From assembly GCA_036524055.1 (NCBI GenBank), contig DATDCZ010000029.1, forward strand, positions 1,042 to 65,041: 64,000 nt of DNA, read 5' to 3'. How positions within the stretch are numbered: position 1 is the stretch's first letter; each line of letters opens with the position of its first letter. The notes under the pieces were generated by a model, which saw only the letters and a program-made list of their open reading frames with translations, was not told where the DNA came from and ran no database searches. This DNA is from Anaerolineales bacterium (GTDB lineage Bacteria; Chloroflexota; Anaerolineae; Anaerolineales; Villigracilaceae). The position numbers and the translations under genes were made by a program. This document shows, piece by piece, positions 36,437 through 46,443 of this stretch.

Positions 36437-37777
36437 ATGAACATCGATCAGGCTTGGGGATCTGTGCTTTCGCAGTTGCAGACTGATTTGCCGAAAGCAT
36501 CGTTCGAAACATGGCTCGGCGAAGCCAGACCCCTGTCCTTTGAGAATGGAGCGTTGACTGTCGGCGTTCCGAACGCGTATGCGCGCGACTGGCTTGAGAG
36601 CCGGCTGGCGAGCACTATCAGCCGCCTTCTCGTGGGAATCTTGAACTCGAACGTGGTGGTTAACTTCGTGGTTGCTCAATCGGAGGAGATGGAGTCGGGG
36701 GAGACGGATCAGCCCGATGCAGAGACCGTCTGGAGCACGCGGATGCGCGTGCACCACTCGCTGAACCCGCGCTACACTTTTGAAAGCTTCGTAGTCGGAT
36801 CGGGGAACCGCCTGGCGCACGCCGCCTGTCAGGCGGTGGCCGAGAAACCCGCGAAAGCCTACAATCCGCTCTTTCTCTATGGAGGCGTCGGCCTGGGAAA
36901 GACGCACCTGCTCCATGCCATAGGCAATGCGTGCTTTGGACGAGGTCTGAACGTACTGTACGTGTCTTCGGAAGAGTTCACGAACGAGATCATTAACGCG
37001 ATCCGAACACACACCACGCAAGCCTTCCGGGATAAGTACCGATCGGCGGATGTGCTGTTGGTCGATGATATCCAGTTCATTGCAGGGAAAGAAAGTACGC
37101 AAGAGGAATTCTTTCATACGTTTAATACGCTCCACGGGCAAGACAAGCAGATCATCGTGTCCTCGGATCGACCGCCAAAATCCCTTGTGACACTTGAAGA
37201 GCGCATGCGCTCGCGCTTCGAATGGGGCCTCGCGGCGGATATCCAGCCGCCGGACCTGGAAACACGGCTGGCCATCTTGCGAGCGAAGGCGGAAAGGACA
37301 GGTAGACATATCCCGGACGAGATCCTGGACTCAGTCGCGAGACGGGTGCAATCGAATATCCGTGAACTGGAAGGCGCACTGAACCGCATCATTGCGTTTG
37401 CGGATCTCAGCGGGCATTCGTTGACCCCGGAACTCGTCGAATCCGCGCTGGCGGATCTACTCCCGCAGCGTCAGAGCGTGCTCCCGGAACGTATCGTTGA
37501 ATTGGTGGCCCGGGAATGGAAAACCACGACGGAGGCCCTGCTTGGCCGGGATCGTTCCCAAAAGATTGCAGAACCCCGTCAGGTGGCTATGTACCTGATG
37601 CGCAAGGAAACGGATGCATCTCTGCCGCAAATTGGCGAGGTACTCGGTGGTCGCGATCACACCACCGTGATGTATGCCATTGATAAGATTGCGAACCAGA
37701 TGGAGACGAAGGCAGACTTGCGCAAGCGGGTGATTAACGTGAAGCAGCAGCTTTACGGGCAAGGCGCAGCCGTCTGA
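36437..37777 (+). CDS. dnaA: Chromosomal replication initiator protein DnaA
   Basis: Walker A GGVGLGKTHLLHAIG, Walker B LLVDDIQF, box VII, and the C-terminal DNA-binding helix GGRDHTTVMYAIDKI. Confidence 0.95.
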   Translation: MNIDQAWGSVLSQLQTDLPKASFETWLGEARPLSFENGALTVGVPNAYARDWLESRLASTISRLLVGILNSNVVVNFVVAQSEEMESGETDQPDAETVWSTRMRVHHSLNPRYTFESFVVGSGNRLAHAACQAVAEKPAKAYNPLFLYGGVGLGKTHLLHAIGNACFGRGLNVLYVSSEEFTNEIINAIRTHTTQAFRDKYRSADVLLVDDIQFIAGKESTQEEFFHTFNTLHGQDKQIIVSSDRPPKSLVTLEERMRSRFEWGLAADIQPPDLETRLAILRAKAERTGRHIPDEILDSVARRVQSNIRELEGALNRIIAFADLSGHSLTPELVESALADLLPQRQSVLPERIVELVAREWKTTTEALLGRDRSQKIAEPRQVAMYLMRKETDASLPQIGEVLGGRDHTTVMYAIDKIANQMETKADLRKRVINVKQQLYGQGAAV

Positions 37778-38007
37778 GTCATTCGTCGTCGGCCTCACGG
37801 TCAAATGCCCGATCCATTGTCTGAAGCATGATATAATCTCGCCGCTCCGCGGGCAAGAAGCCCGCGCGGCCCACATCTTGCCTGGGATGGGCATCAAGCA
37901 TCCCTGAGCGGGTGAGCGTCCTTGCCGGACCCGAACCCCGCTAAACCCATATCGTGCGGCCGACTCCATGTAAGACGACGCCGGCACGACAGAAGTCAAG
38001 GAGAAAA

Positions 38008-38997
38008 ATGGCCGCAATATCCATGAAGGCCCTGCTTGAGAGCGGCGTCCACTTCGGTCACCGCACGAACAAGTGGGATCCTCGAATGAAGCCGTACATC
38101 TTCACAGAGCGTAACGGCATTCATATCATCGACTTGCAGCAGACCGTGAAGCTGCTGAACAACGCTCTTGCCATAGTACGTGATGCCGTGGCCGCGGGTG
38201 GAACCGTACTATTCGTGGGCACGAAGCGGCAGGCGCAGGAGACCATCCGGGACGAGGCTACGCGTGCCGGCATGCCCTATGTGACCGAGCGGTGGCTCGG
38301 CGGCATGTTGACCAACTGGTCAACCATGTATGCTCGCATCCAGGAGCTGGACCGCCTGGAGGGGCTGCGGGACACCGGTGAGATCAGCCGCCTAACCAAG
38401 AAGGAAGGTCTGCTGATCCAACGCGAGATCGATCGGCTCCTGATTCGGCTCTCCGGTGTGCGTAAGATGCGCCGGCTGCCTGAACTTCTTTTCGTCGTGG
38501 ATGTCAGCCGTGAAGAAGCCGCCGTCCACGAGGCGAACCTGTTGGGTGTCCCGGTCGTCGCCCTGGTGGACACCAACTGCAATCCTCAGGGAATAGACTA
38601 CGTCATCCCATCGAACGATGATGCCATCAGGGCTATCAAGCTGCTGGTCGCTAAAGTGGCCGACGCAGCCTTGGAAGGCAAGGCAATGCGCAAAGAGCAG
38701 GAACCCGAGGAGGTGCTTGAGACGGCCCATGAGGGCGCAAGTGCAATGTCTCACCTCAGGAACACCGAGCGGGTAGTGGAGTCTGACGAGGAGGTCGAGG
38801 AGGGCGCCCTTCTGGGCGAGTCGACACTTGCCAAGCTCAGCGCCACGCGGAAACCCGAGGAGGTCGCTCCAATCGGCAGCACAGAAACCGAGTCGATTGA
38901 GGGACCGAAGACTGATGTTGTGGAGCTCGACCAAGCGGCTGCGACGGCTGCCGAGGTCGCCACGCCGAAACCAGAAGCTGGGCCAGAGGGCGCCTGA
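38008..38997 (+). CDS. rpsB: 30S ribosomal protein S2 with long acidic C-terminal extension
   Basis: [22 protein letters not shown]..., [10 protein letters not shown], and DTNCNP. AAGGAG SD before ATG 38008. Confidence 0.95.
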   Translation: MAAISMKALLESGVHFGHRTNKWDPRMKPYIFTERNGIHIIDLQQTVKLLNNALAIVRDAVAAGGTVLFVGTKRQAQETIRDEATRAGMPYVTERWLGGMLTNWSTMYARIQELDRLEGLRDTGEISRLTKKEGLLIQREIDRLLIRLSGVRKMRRLPELLFVVDVSREEAAVHEANLLGVPVVALVDTNCNPQGIDYVIPSNDDAIRAIKLLVAKVADAALEGKAMRKEQEPEEVLETAHEGASAMSHLRNTERVVESDEEVEEGALLGESTLAKLSATRKPEEVAPIGSTETESIEGPKTDVVELDQAAATAAEVATPKPEAGPEGA

Positions 38998-39008
38998 CCG
39001 TACAAGGA

Positions 39009-39623
39009 ATGACCATGGAAATCACAGCGGATATGATCAAGGCGCTGCGCGCCGAAACCAATGCCGGTGTCTTGGATTGCCGCAAGGCGCTGCAGGAATC
39101 CAACGGGGATCACCAGAAGGCGGTTGCGTGGCTGCAGGAGAAGGGTATGGCCATGGCTGCCAACCGCTCAGACAGGGCGGCGTCGAATGGCATGATCGAG
39201 ATCTACTCACACGGTGGCGGGCGCGTCGGGGTGATGGTAGAGGTGAACTGCGAAACCGACTTCGTGGCCCGATCAGAGCAATTCCGCACGCTGGCACATG
39301 AGATCGCGCTGCAGGTTGCGGCGAACTCCCCAAGATATGTACGCGTAGATGACATCCCGGCCGCAGAGCTAGACCAAGAGGCCGAGAGGGCAAAAGCGCG
39401 CGGCAAAGACGAGGGGAAGGATGCCGCGATTGTGGACAAAATGGTACAAGGCGCCCTGGACAAATACAAGGATGATGTGGCACTCCTGCGTCAGACATAT
39501 ATTCGGGATGAGAGCATGACGGTGGAGAAGTTGATCATGCAGAACGTTGCCGCAATCGGCGAGAATGTCGTCGTGCGACGTTTTCAGCGATGGGAACTGG
39601 GTGAGAACCGCGACGCCACGTAA
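39009..39623 (+). CDS. tsf: Translation elongation factor Ts (short form)
   Basis: ITADMIKALRAETNAGVLDCRKAL UBA-like N-terminus and VEVNCETDFVAR. The start may be ATG 39015. Confidence 0.9.
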   Translation: MTMEITADMIKALRAETNAGVLDCRKALQESNGDHQKAVAWLQEKGMAMAANRSDRAASNGMIEIYSHGGGRVGVMVEVNCETDFVARSEQFRTLAHEIALQVAANSPRYVRVDDIPAAELDQEAERAKARGKDEGKDAAIVDKMVQGALDKYKDDVALLRQTYIRDESMTVEKLIMQNVAAIGENVVVRRFQRWELGENRDAT

Positions 39624-39731
39624 CCATGAAGAGCCAACCTGAAGGTTGGCTCTTTTCTTGATGCAAGGCTCTAAGTCGCCATGGCCAACAAACGACGACC
39701 CGGGCTGTAGAGCAGAACTTCAGGAGGGCAG

Positions 39732-40448
39732 ATGGCGAACCTAAGGTACAAGAGAATTCTGTTGAAGCTGAGCGGCGAGGCACTGGGTGGAGAATCCGGC
39801 TTTGGCATCGATGTGAACCAGGCCGAGTCGATAGCAAACAGAGTCAAGGCCGTCCACGATACGGGCGTGCAGGTTGCCGTCGTGCTCGGCGCCGGCAACT
39901 TGTGGCGCGGCAAGCAGGGATTGGAACGCGGCATGGATCGCTCCACGGCTGACTACATGGGTATGATGGGAACGATCATGAATTCCATGGTGCTGATGGA
40001 TGCGCTGGAGCGAATTGGCGTGTTGACGCGGGTAATGTCGGCCATCGAAATGCGCGCCGTGGCTGAGCCCTATATCCGTCGGCGCGCCATTCGACATCTG
40101 GAAAAGGGGCGAGTCGTGATCCTTGGAGCAGGGACAGGTAATCCCTTCTTTTCGACGGACACGGCGGCCGCATTGAGGGGATCGGAAATCGATGCCGACG
40201 TTGTTATCAAGGCAACCAAGGTGGATGGTATTTACGACGCCGATCCGCGTAAGTTCCCGAACGCGAAGAAGTTTTCGCGGTTGAGCTATATAGACTATCT
40301 CAATCGCCGATTGGAAGTGATGGACAGCACGGCTGTATCGCTGTGCATGGACAACAAACTGCCGATTCTGGTGCTTAGCCTGTGGGATCCGGAGGCCATC
40401 CTGCGCGCGCTGAGAGGTGAGGAAATTGGCACGTTGGTTACAGGCTGA
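39732..40448 (+). CDS. pyrH: UMP kinase
   Basis: [42 protein letters not shown]. Confidence 0.95.
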   Translation: MANLRYKRILLKLSGEALGGESGFGIDVNQAESIANRVKAVHDTGVQVAVVLGAGNLWRGKQGLERGMDRSTADYMGMMGTIMNSMVLMDALERIGVLTRVMSAIEMRAVAEPYIRRRAIRHLEKGRVVILGAGTGNPFFSTDTAAALRGSEIDADVVIKATKVDGIYDADPRKFPNAKKFSRLSYIDYLNRRLEVMDSTAVSLCMDNKLPILVLSLWDPEAILRALRGEEIGTLVTG

Positions 40449-40597
40449 GTCAGCTTGGCGAACGCTGGTTGTCGATCAGCCACGCTCCTGACCTCCTCGG
40501 CAAGATCGGGGCAAGGTGCGCATCCTGCCGGGCCTGCCGTAGCACTTTTCTCTGTTTTCGAGTATCCTTGCCTTGAATCATCTGCCTGGAGGCCGTA

Positions 40598-41155
40598 TTG
40601 ATCAAAGACCTTCTCAAAGATGCAGAACATCGCATGCACGGGGCCCTCAAGACCCTCATCGATGACCTGGCCGCGATCCGAACCGGCCGGGCGAACCCAG
40701 CGATTGTTGAGAAGCTAAGCGTCAATTACTACGATGCACCTACGCCGCTCCTACAATTGGCGACGATTACGGTGCCAGAACCGCGCTCGTTGACGATCAA
40801 GCCCTTTGACGCTGGAACGCTCAAGGATATCGAGAAAGCGATCCTGGCATCGGATCTGGGACTAACTCCGAATTCTGATGGCAAGGTCATTCATCTCAAC
40901 CTTCCACCCCTCACAGAAGAGCGACGTCGTGACTTGGTCAAGATGGTCCACGGCCGGCTCGAAGAGGCGAGGGTGGCCATCCGCAATATCCGGCGCGACT
41001 CGCACAACGACATGCGCGATTTTGAGAAGGAGAAGCTGATCTCCGAAAATGATCTCAAGATGGGCGAGGAAAGCCTCCAGAAGTTAACCGACAAGTTCAT
41101 TGAGGAAGTCGGGGAGTTGGGACGGAAGAAGGAATCCGAAATAATGGAAGTGTAG
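40598..41155 (+). CDS. frr: Ribosome recycling factor
   Basis: IKDLLKDAEHRMHGALKTL...IRTGRANPAIVE...LPPLTEERRRDL; TTG start. Confidence 0.95.
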   Translation: MIKDLLKDAEHRMHGALKTLIDDLAAIRTGRANPAIVEKLSVNYYDAPTPLLQLATITVPEPRSLTIKPFDAGTLKDIEKAILASDLGLTPNSDGKVIHLNLPPLTEERRRDLVKMVHGRLEEARVAIRNIRRDSHNDMRDFEKEKLISENDLKMGEESLQKLTDKFIEEVGELGRKKESEIMEV

Positions 41156-41228
41156 GCCCACCTGGCGGACGGGATGACCATTGCCAACACCCGGTCATGC
41201 GCCCGCAATCCGAGTTCATACGGTCCTC

Positions 41229-41975
41229 ATGCCTGAAACTGCGAATCCGGTACCGCTCGAGCGAGTTCCCCGCCATGTGGCCATCATTATGGATGGCAAT
41301 GGCCGCTGGGCCATCTCGCGCGGCTTGCCTCGTCTCGCCGGCCATAAGGCCGGCACCGAGAACCTGCGGCGGGTCATCCGTGCCTCGGTAGAGTTCGGCA
41401 TCAAGTACCTCACCATCTACGCGTTTTCGACCGAGAATTGGGGCCGGCCACCTGAAGAGGTGCAGGGTCTGCTGCATATCCTTGAGGATGTAATCGATCG
41501 CGAGCTGGGGGAGTTGCATAAAGAGGGTGTGCAACTTCGCCACATCGGCCGCCTTGAGCGTCTTTCCGCGGCGCTCCAGGACAAGGTGCTTTCGGCGGTT
41601 GAAATGACGCGCAACAACGACCGCCTTGTGCTCAATGTTGCGTTCAATTATGGCGGCCGCGATGAGATCGTCCAGGCCATCCAGCGCATGATGAAGGATG
41701 GCGTTCAACCGGATCACGTGACGGATGAATTGGTCAGCCAGTACCTCTACACGGCGGGCGTTCCGGATCCGGATCTGATCATCCGTACGTCTGGTGAGTT
41801 GCGCGTCAGCAATTTCCTTATCTGGCAGGGGGCATATGCGGAACTCTACAGCACGCCCACCTACTGGCCAGACTTTGACAAGGCAGAGTATCGGCGTGCG
41901 CTGGAAACTTTCGCGCAACGCGATCGGCGTTACGGAGGCGTCTCTGAGGCAGTAGCCAGCAAGAGCAATGCTTAG
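41229..41975 (+). CDS. uppS: Isoprenyl transferase (undecaprenyl-diphosphate synthase)
   Basis: HVAIIMDGNGRWA, FSTENWGRP, IRTSGELRVSNFLIWQ. ATG 41229 preferred to TTG 41181. Confidence 0.9.
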   Translation: MPETANPVPLERVPRHVAIIMDGNGRWAISRGLPRLAGHKAGTENLRRVIRASVEFGIKYLTIYAFSTENWGRPPEEVQGLLHILEDVIDRELGELHKEGVQLRHIGRLERLSAALQDKVLSAVEMTRNNDRLVLNVAFNYGGRDEIVQAIQRMMKDGVQPDHVTDELVSQYLYTAGVPDPDLIIRTSGELRVSNFLIWQGAYAELYSTPTYWPDFDKAEYRRALETFAQRDRRYGGVSEAVASKSNA

Positions 41976-42774
41976 ACGCACGCTGACCGCCGTGCTTTTG
42001 CTCGCCATTGCCTTGCCCGCGGCCTATTTTGGGGGAACTGCCTTATTCGTTCTCCTGCTAGTGTTCATAAACCTCGCCACATTCGAATATGCTCAGATGT
42101 TCAACCTAAGGGGGTATCAGCCGTCGGCGACGATCACACTAGCCTCGGTCACGCTCTTACTGGCCGCCAGGGCGTTTCGGCCTGACCTGGCTCCGCTGGC
42201 GTTGAGTCTGACAATCCTGGCTTGCATGACCTTCCATTTGGTCAAGTACGAATCGGGCCGCGATCTGGCTGCGGTCGACCTGGTCATCTCGCTAGGTGCT
42301 GTTGGATACCTGGGGTGGATCGGTGCGTATTTGTTTGACTTGCGGCAATTGGACAACGGCGGCTGGTGGTTGTTATTGGTCTTTGCCATCGTTTGGTTCT
42401 CGGATTCGGCGGCCTATTTCGTCGGCAGCCGATTCGGCCGCCATAAGATTGCGCCGCGATTGAGCCCCAAAAAATCTTGGGAAGGCTATATTGCGGGCGT
42501 GGTCGGCGGCACGGCTTTTGGAGCAATACTGGCGGTTCTCTTGAACAGGTGGGGGCCATTCGACCTCACCCTCTCCCAGGGCATCGCACTGGGTGCCGCA
42601 CTTAGCACGCTGACCACTCTGGGCGACCTCGGAGAAAGTCTCTTTAAGCGCTTCGCAGGTGTGAAAGACTCAGGTAATCTGTTACCCGGTCATGGCGGAG
42701 CATTCGATCGTATCGATTCACTGATTTGGGCGGGTGTGCTCGGGTATTACTGGATCCGATACTTCATCATCTGA
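41968..42774 (+). CDS. cdsA: Phosphatidate cytidylyltransferase
   Basis: C-terminal signature SLFKRFAGVKDSGNLLPGHGGAFDRIDS; the start overlaps the uppS stop. Confidence 0.85.
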   Translation: MLRRTLTAVLLLAIALPAAYFGGTALFVLLLVFINLATFEYAQMFNLRGYQPSATITLASVTLLLAARAFRPDLAPLALSLTILACMTFHLVKYESGRDLAAVDLVISLGAVGYLGWIGAYLFDLRQLDNGGWWLLLVFAIVWFSDSAAYFVGSRFGRHKIAPRLSPKKSWEGYIAGVVGGTAFGAILAVLLNRWGPFDLTLSQGIALGAALSTLTTLGDLGESLFKRFAGVKDSGNLLPGHGGAFDRIDSLIWAGVLGYYWIRYFII

Positions 42775-42785
42775 AGGGAGGGCGC

Positions 42786-43772
42786 ATGAGGCAAGCTGCG
42801 CCTACTCGCAATCTTGCACTTGATCTGGCACGGGTTACGGAGGCGGCTGCCCTGGCGGCGGGCCGCTACATGGGCCGCGGCGACAAAGACGCAGCCGATG
42901 GCGCCGCAGTCCACGCGATGCGCCTGGTGCTGCAGACGATAGACATCCAGGGGCTGATCATCATCGGTGAAGGTGAGAAGGACAACGCCCCGATGCTTTT
43001 CAACGGGGAGAGTGTGGGGAGCGGCTCTGGCCCCGCTGTGGACGTGGCCGTGGATCCCATCGACGGAACGCGGCCGCTGGCATTTGGCCGCACCAACTCG
43101 CTGGCAACAGTGGCCATTGCTCCGCGCGGATCGATGTTTGATCCGGGCCCCTTCGTCTACATGAACAAACTGGCTGTCGGTCCGGCTGCCAAGGGCAAGA
43201 TCGACATCGAGAGATCGATCACCGAGAACTTGAAGGCGATTGCCAAGGCCAAGGGCACGGAAGTGGACGACTTGACGACCATCATCCTTGATCGGCCGCG
43301 GCACGAGGAAATGATTGCCGAGATCCGCAAGGCTGGTGCGCGCATCCGCATCATTCCCGATGGTGACGTGGGCGCGGCCCTGATGACCGCCTGGCCCGAC
43401 TCAGGAGTGGATGTCTTATTTGGAATTGGCGGCACGCCAGAAGGTGTGTTGGCGGCCTGTGCTCTCAGGGCCATGGGAGGCGAGATCCAAGGGAAGCTTT
43501 ATGCACGAGATGAGGATGAGCTTCGCCGAGGACGTGAGGCGGGCTTCGATTTTGAGAAGGTGCTGACGATGGATGACCTGGTGTCATCCGAGGATGTATT
43601 CTTCGCGGCCACCGGGATTACTGATGGGGAGCTGCTCACAGGAGTACGCTACTTCCATAACGGAGCCAGCACGGATTCCATTGTGGTCCGCGGCTTGACA
43701 GGGACAGTTCGTCAGATCTCTGCCACGCATAGACTTGACAAGCTTGAGGAACTAAGCACCTTCAAGTACTAA
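42786..43772 (+). CDS. glpX: Class II fructose-1,6-bisphosphatase (GlpX-type)
   Basis: LALDLARVTEAAALAA..., VAVDPIDGT, GGTPEGVLAA. ATG 42786 has GGAGG upstream. Confidence 0.9.
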   Translation: MRQAAPTRNLALDLARVTEAAALAAGRYMGRGDKDAADGAAVHAMRLVLQTIDIQGLIIIGEGEKDNAPMLFNGESVGSGSGPAVDVAVDPIDGTRPLAFGRTNSLATVAIAPRGSMFDPGPFVYMNKLAVGPAAKGKIDIERSITENLKAIAKAKGTEVDDLTTIILDRPRHEEMIAEIRKAGARIRIIPDGDVGAALMTAWPDSGVDVLFGIGGTPEGVLAACALRAMGGEIQGKLYARDEDELRRGREAGFDFEKVLTMDDLVSSEDVFFAATGITDGELLTGVRYFHNGASTDSIVVRGLTGTVRQISATHRLDKLEELSTFKY

Positions 43773-43820
43773 GGCTTTAAGCGAGTCGAGGTTACCGCGC
43801 ACCGACTGCGGGGTAGTTTC

Positions 43821-43849
43821 TTGACACTCCTCCGCTATGTACGTATAAT
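43821..43849 (+). promoter_or_regulatory. Consensus promoter TTGACA-17-TATAAT driving tRNA-Asn
   Basis: TTGACA 43821-43826 and TATAAT 43844-43849; the tRNA 5' end lies 11 nt downstream. Confidence 0.7.
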
Positions 43850-43860
43850 CCCGCTCGCCT

Positions 43861-43933
43861 TCCTCGCTAGCTCAATTGGCAGAGCGGGCGGCTGTTAACC
43901 GCTAGGTTCGAGGTTCAAGTCCTCGGCGAGGAG
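43861..43933 (+). tRNA. tRNA-Asn (anticodon GTT)
   Basis: Acceptor stem TCCTCGC/GCGAGGA, D-arm AGCTCAATTGGCAGAGC, anticodon loop CTGTTAA, T-arm CGAGGTTCAAGTCCTCG. No encoded CCA. Confidence 0.9.
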
Positions 43934-43948
43934 CTTTGCAGGCTGATC

Positions 43949-43980
43949 AAATCCGCCTCGATCGATGTGAGGCGGATTTT
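43949..43980 (+). terminator. Rho-independent terminator after tRNA-Asn
   Basis: AAATCCGCCTC-GATCGATGT-GAGGCGGATTT followed by a T-run. Confidence 0.75.
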
Positions 43981-44127
43981 GCGTAAGGTGATGAGAGGGT
44001 CCTCGGTACGACGGCGTCGGCTGGCATTGACGGTTCTTCGGATACGGGTTTCCCCCAGTGCAACCTTGGACCGGAATCTGTGTTAATCTGACCGCAGAGA
44101 CAAAACACGGAGAGAGGAGAATGTGAC

Positions 44128-44514
44128 GTGAAGAAGTACGCTTTATTGATACTCGTGGTGGTGGGAAGCTTGCTGCTTGTGGCCTGCGGTGGGGGTGGTG
44201 CTGCTGCAGGAGGAACGGGAGCGGGCGCCTCCAGGACGGACTTTCCGATGCCAGGCTCGGTGAGCAATCTCACCGATACCGGCGGCGGCTCCATAAACTT
44301 CCAGACTCAAATGACCGTCGAGGAGACAGTCTCGTTTTACAGAGATGCCTTCACCAAGGCTGGCTTAACTGAGCGCACCATCAACACTGCCATTACGGAC
44401 ACGACATTCAGTCTGGTGTTTGATGGTGATGCAAGCGGCAAGGCCGTCGTTGTCCAGGGGGTAGACCTCGGCAACGGTACCGCGAACGTCAACATACGCT
44501 ATGAGGATGTGTAA
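44128..44514 (+). CDS. Small lipoprotein (hypothetical)
   Basis: Signal peptide with lipobox: MKKYALLILVVVGSLLLVAC followed by a Gly/Ala linker; GTG start. Confidence 0.6.
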   Translation: MKKYALLILVVVGSLLLVACGGGGAAAGGTGAGASRTDFPMPGSVSNLTDTGGGSINFQTQMTVEETVSFYRDAFTKAGLTERTINTAITDTTFSLVFDGDASGKAVVVQGVDLGNGTANVNIRYEDV

Positions 44515-44637
44515 GAAGAAGCCGCGAACAGGCGTCCACTGGGGAAACCCCAGGTCCGGCGGGCCGCGTGGCATGTAATACACTGGTCGAGCGGCCGCAG
44601 CCTTCGCGTTGGGAGAAACCGCCAACAGAGGAGCAAA

Positions 44638-45906
44638 ATGGCCGACTTTAGCAAAGTCGCCCGTAAGATCACTATTGTCCTTTTCGCCGAACAGGGTCTG
44701 GCCTCGGCAGCTTTCATTGCTGCCTCGACCCTCAATGGGATCGTCGCGGCAGATCTCGCCGGGAGCTCAGGCTGGGCAGGCGTGCCAGCGGCGACGTACC
44801 TCCTGGCGGGAGCATTGGCGGCATTTGGCTGGGGGATATTGAACGATACGATGGGGCGCCGACGGGCCCTGGTGTTAGGTTTGGCGATCGGGGCAGTGGG
44901 TTCGGCGGTAGCATTCTTCGCCATTTCCGCGCGCTCATTCGGCATCTTTCTCGGCGGCATGCTCCTCATGGGCATCGCTAACTCGGCGGTGCAGCTAGCG
45001 CGCTTCATTGCAGCGGAGGTCAATCTTCCGGCGGCGCGGGGCAGGGCAATTTCCCTGGTTGTTCTGGGTGGCACCGTCGGTTCAGTGGTTGGTCCATTGG
45101 TTGCGGGACCCGCTGGCGCCTACTTCAAAGCATTTGCCGGGAGCGAGCTGGCTGGCGCCTACGCCATCAGTTCCCTGCTTTTCGTGCTGGGTGCCTTGGC
45201 AATCTTTCTCGGACTCACGCCAGATCCGCGCAAGATCGGGCAGGCGCTGACTGCAAGCATTGCGGCAGACGCTCTGCTATCAGGCCAAGTGCCAGTCGAA
45301 CGCGCCAAAGAAGCGCGAACTGCTCGCGAAATTTTCGCTCAGCCCGAGTCGGTTGTTGCCCTGACGTCGATGCTGGTCGGTCAGCTGGTGATGGTGATGG
45401 TAATGGTGATTACGTCACTTCACATGAAGGACCATCAGCATGCGCTCCACGACATCTCAATCGTGATCGCATCGCACACCTTCGGCATGTACGTGTTTTC
45501 AGTCTTTTCAGGACAGTTGGCAGATCGCTGGGGACGAAAACCCGTGATCATCGTGGGCGCAGCCACGCTTGTGCTGGCGTGCGTGGCAGCAACACTCTCA
45601 CCCGATGTGGTTCCCCTGGGAGTGGCCCTATTTTTCCTTGGACTCGGCTGGAATTTCTGTTACGTTGGTGGCTCAACGCTCCTAGCCGATCAACTCACCC
45701 CTCGGGAGCGGGCGAGAACCCAGGGGCTTAACGATCTCATGGTTGGCTTAGCATCAGCGACGGGCAGTCTGTCCAGTGGACTGATCTTCTCCGCCTTGGG
45801 ATATTCGGTCATGGCATACGTGAGTGCAGGATTGGCGCTGGTTCCGCTCTTGGTGGCCTCGATGCTCTACCGTCGGCCTGTGAATCAGGCCGCGGCAGTC
45901 TCTTGA
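44638..45906 (+). CDS. MFS transporter
   Basis: 12 hydrophobic segments and the loop motif NDTMGRRRAL (MFS D-R/K-x-G-R-R/K). Confidence 0.85.
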   Translation: MADFSKVARKITIVLFAEQGLASAAFIAASTLNGIVAADLAGSSGWAGVPAATYLLAGALAAFGWGILNDTMGRRRALVLGLAIGAVGSAVAFFAISARSFGIFLGGMLLMGIANSAVQLARFIAAEVNLPAARGRAISLVVLGGTVGSVVGPLVAGPAGAYFKAFAGSELAGAYAISSLLFVLGALAIFLGLTPDPRKIGQALTASIAADALLSGQVPVERAKEARTAREIFAQPESVVALTSMLVGQLVMVMVMVITSLHMKDHQHALHDISIVIASHTFGMYVFSVFSGQLADRWGRKPVIIVGAATLVLACVAATLSPDVVPLGVALFFLGLGWNFCYVGGSTLLADQLTPRERARTQGLNDLMVGLASATGSLSSGLIFSALGYSVMAYVSAGLALVPLLVASMLYRRPVNQAAAVS

Positions 45907-45909
45907 CTC

Positions 45910-45945
45910 AAAAGACAACGCCGGTGATCACCGGCGTTGTCTTTT
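45910..45945. terminator. Bidirectional terminator between convergent genes
   Basis: AAAAGACAACGCCGGTGATCACCGGCGTTGTCTTTT, a perfect palindrome with A-run and T-run flanks. Confidence 0.8.
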
Positions 45946-45972
45946 CACTTTGGGTTGCTTCCGTATCCGCAC

Positions 45973-46254
45973 TTAATCCGATTTCTCAGTGGATGAGGCC
46001 TCGTTTGAGATCTTTGCGGGCTTGCTCTCGTCCTTTTTTTCGGCCTTCGGGGCGGGAGATGAACTCGCGGCAGACGGTCGATGATCCGTCGAGTAGAATC
46101 CCGATCCCTTAAATACTACTCGAACCGGCGAGATCACCTTCTTGAGAGATTTCTTGCGGCACTCAGGGCACACCTGCAGCGGTGCATCGGTAAAGGCTTG
46201 TTGGCGCTCAAACTGCACCCCACAGGATCCGCACCGGTATGTATAGACTGGCAT
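45973..46254 (-). CDS. FmdB-family zinc-ribbon protein
   Basis: MPVYTYRCGSCGVQFE...CPEC...GSGFY, the canonical CxxC...CxxC FmdB N-terminus. Confidence 0.8.
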   Translation of the reverse strand: MPVYTYRCGSCGVQFERQQAFTDAPLQVCPECRKKSLKKVISPVRVVFKGSGFYSTDHRPSAASSSPAPKAEKKDESKPAKISNEASSTEKSD

Positions 46255-46443
46255 TACCTGCTCCTTGCTATTCCTACTTGCTATCGACCGTATTATAGCC
46301 CGTCGAGGGGTCTACGTATAGGCTCCGATGCCCGGTGATACAATTCTCTTACATTTGGCACGGTTGGGTCCGGAGGCCGGGTAGCAGGCGGCGATGCGGG
46401 TGCCTCATGGCCAAGGGAGCAGCGTTCTGAAATGGGAGGGCTC

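Noticed and set aside
36197-37309. 370-aa minus-strand ORF across the dnaA region
   Set aside because: It is antisense to dnaA, which is unambiguous (Walker A/B and DnaA C-terminal signature).
41097-42008. 303-aa minus-strand ORF, plus similar long antisense ORFs at 49891-50796 (+), 51700-52626 (-), 59501-60448 (-), 62061-63176 (-) and 29241-30152 (+)
   Set aside because: Each lies opposite a gene with strong family motifs (uppS, FAD oxidoreductase, M16 peptidase, ABC permease, glycosidase, DUF35). Their compositions are Arg/Pro/Gly/His-rich, typical of non-coding frames.
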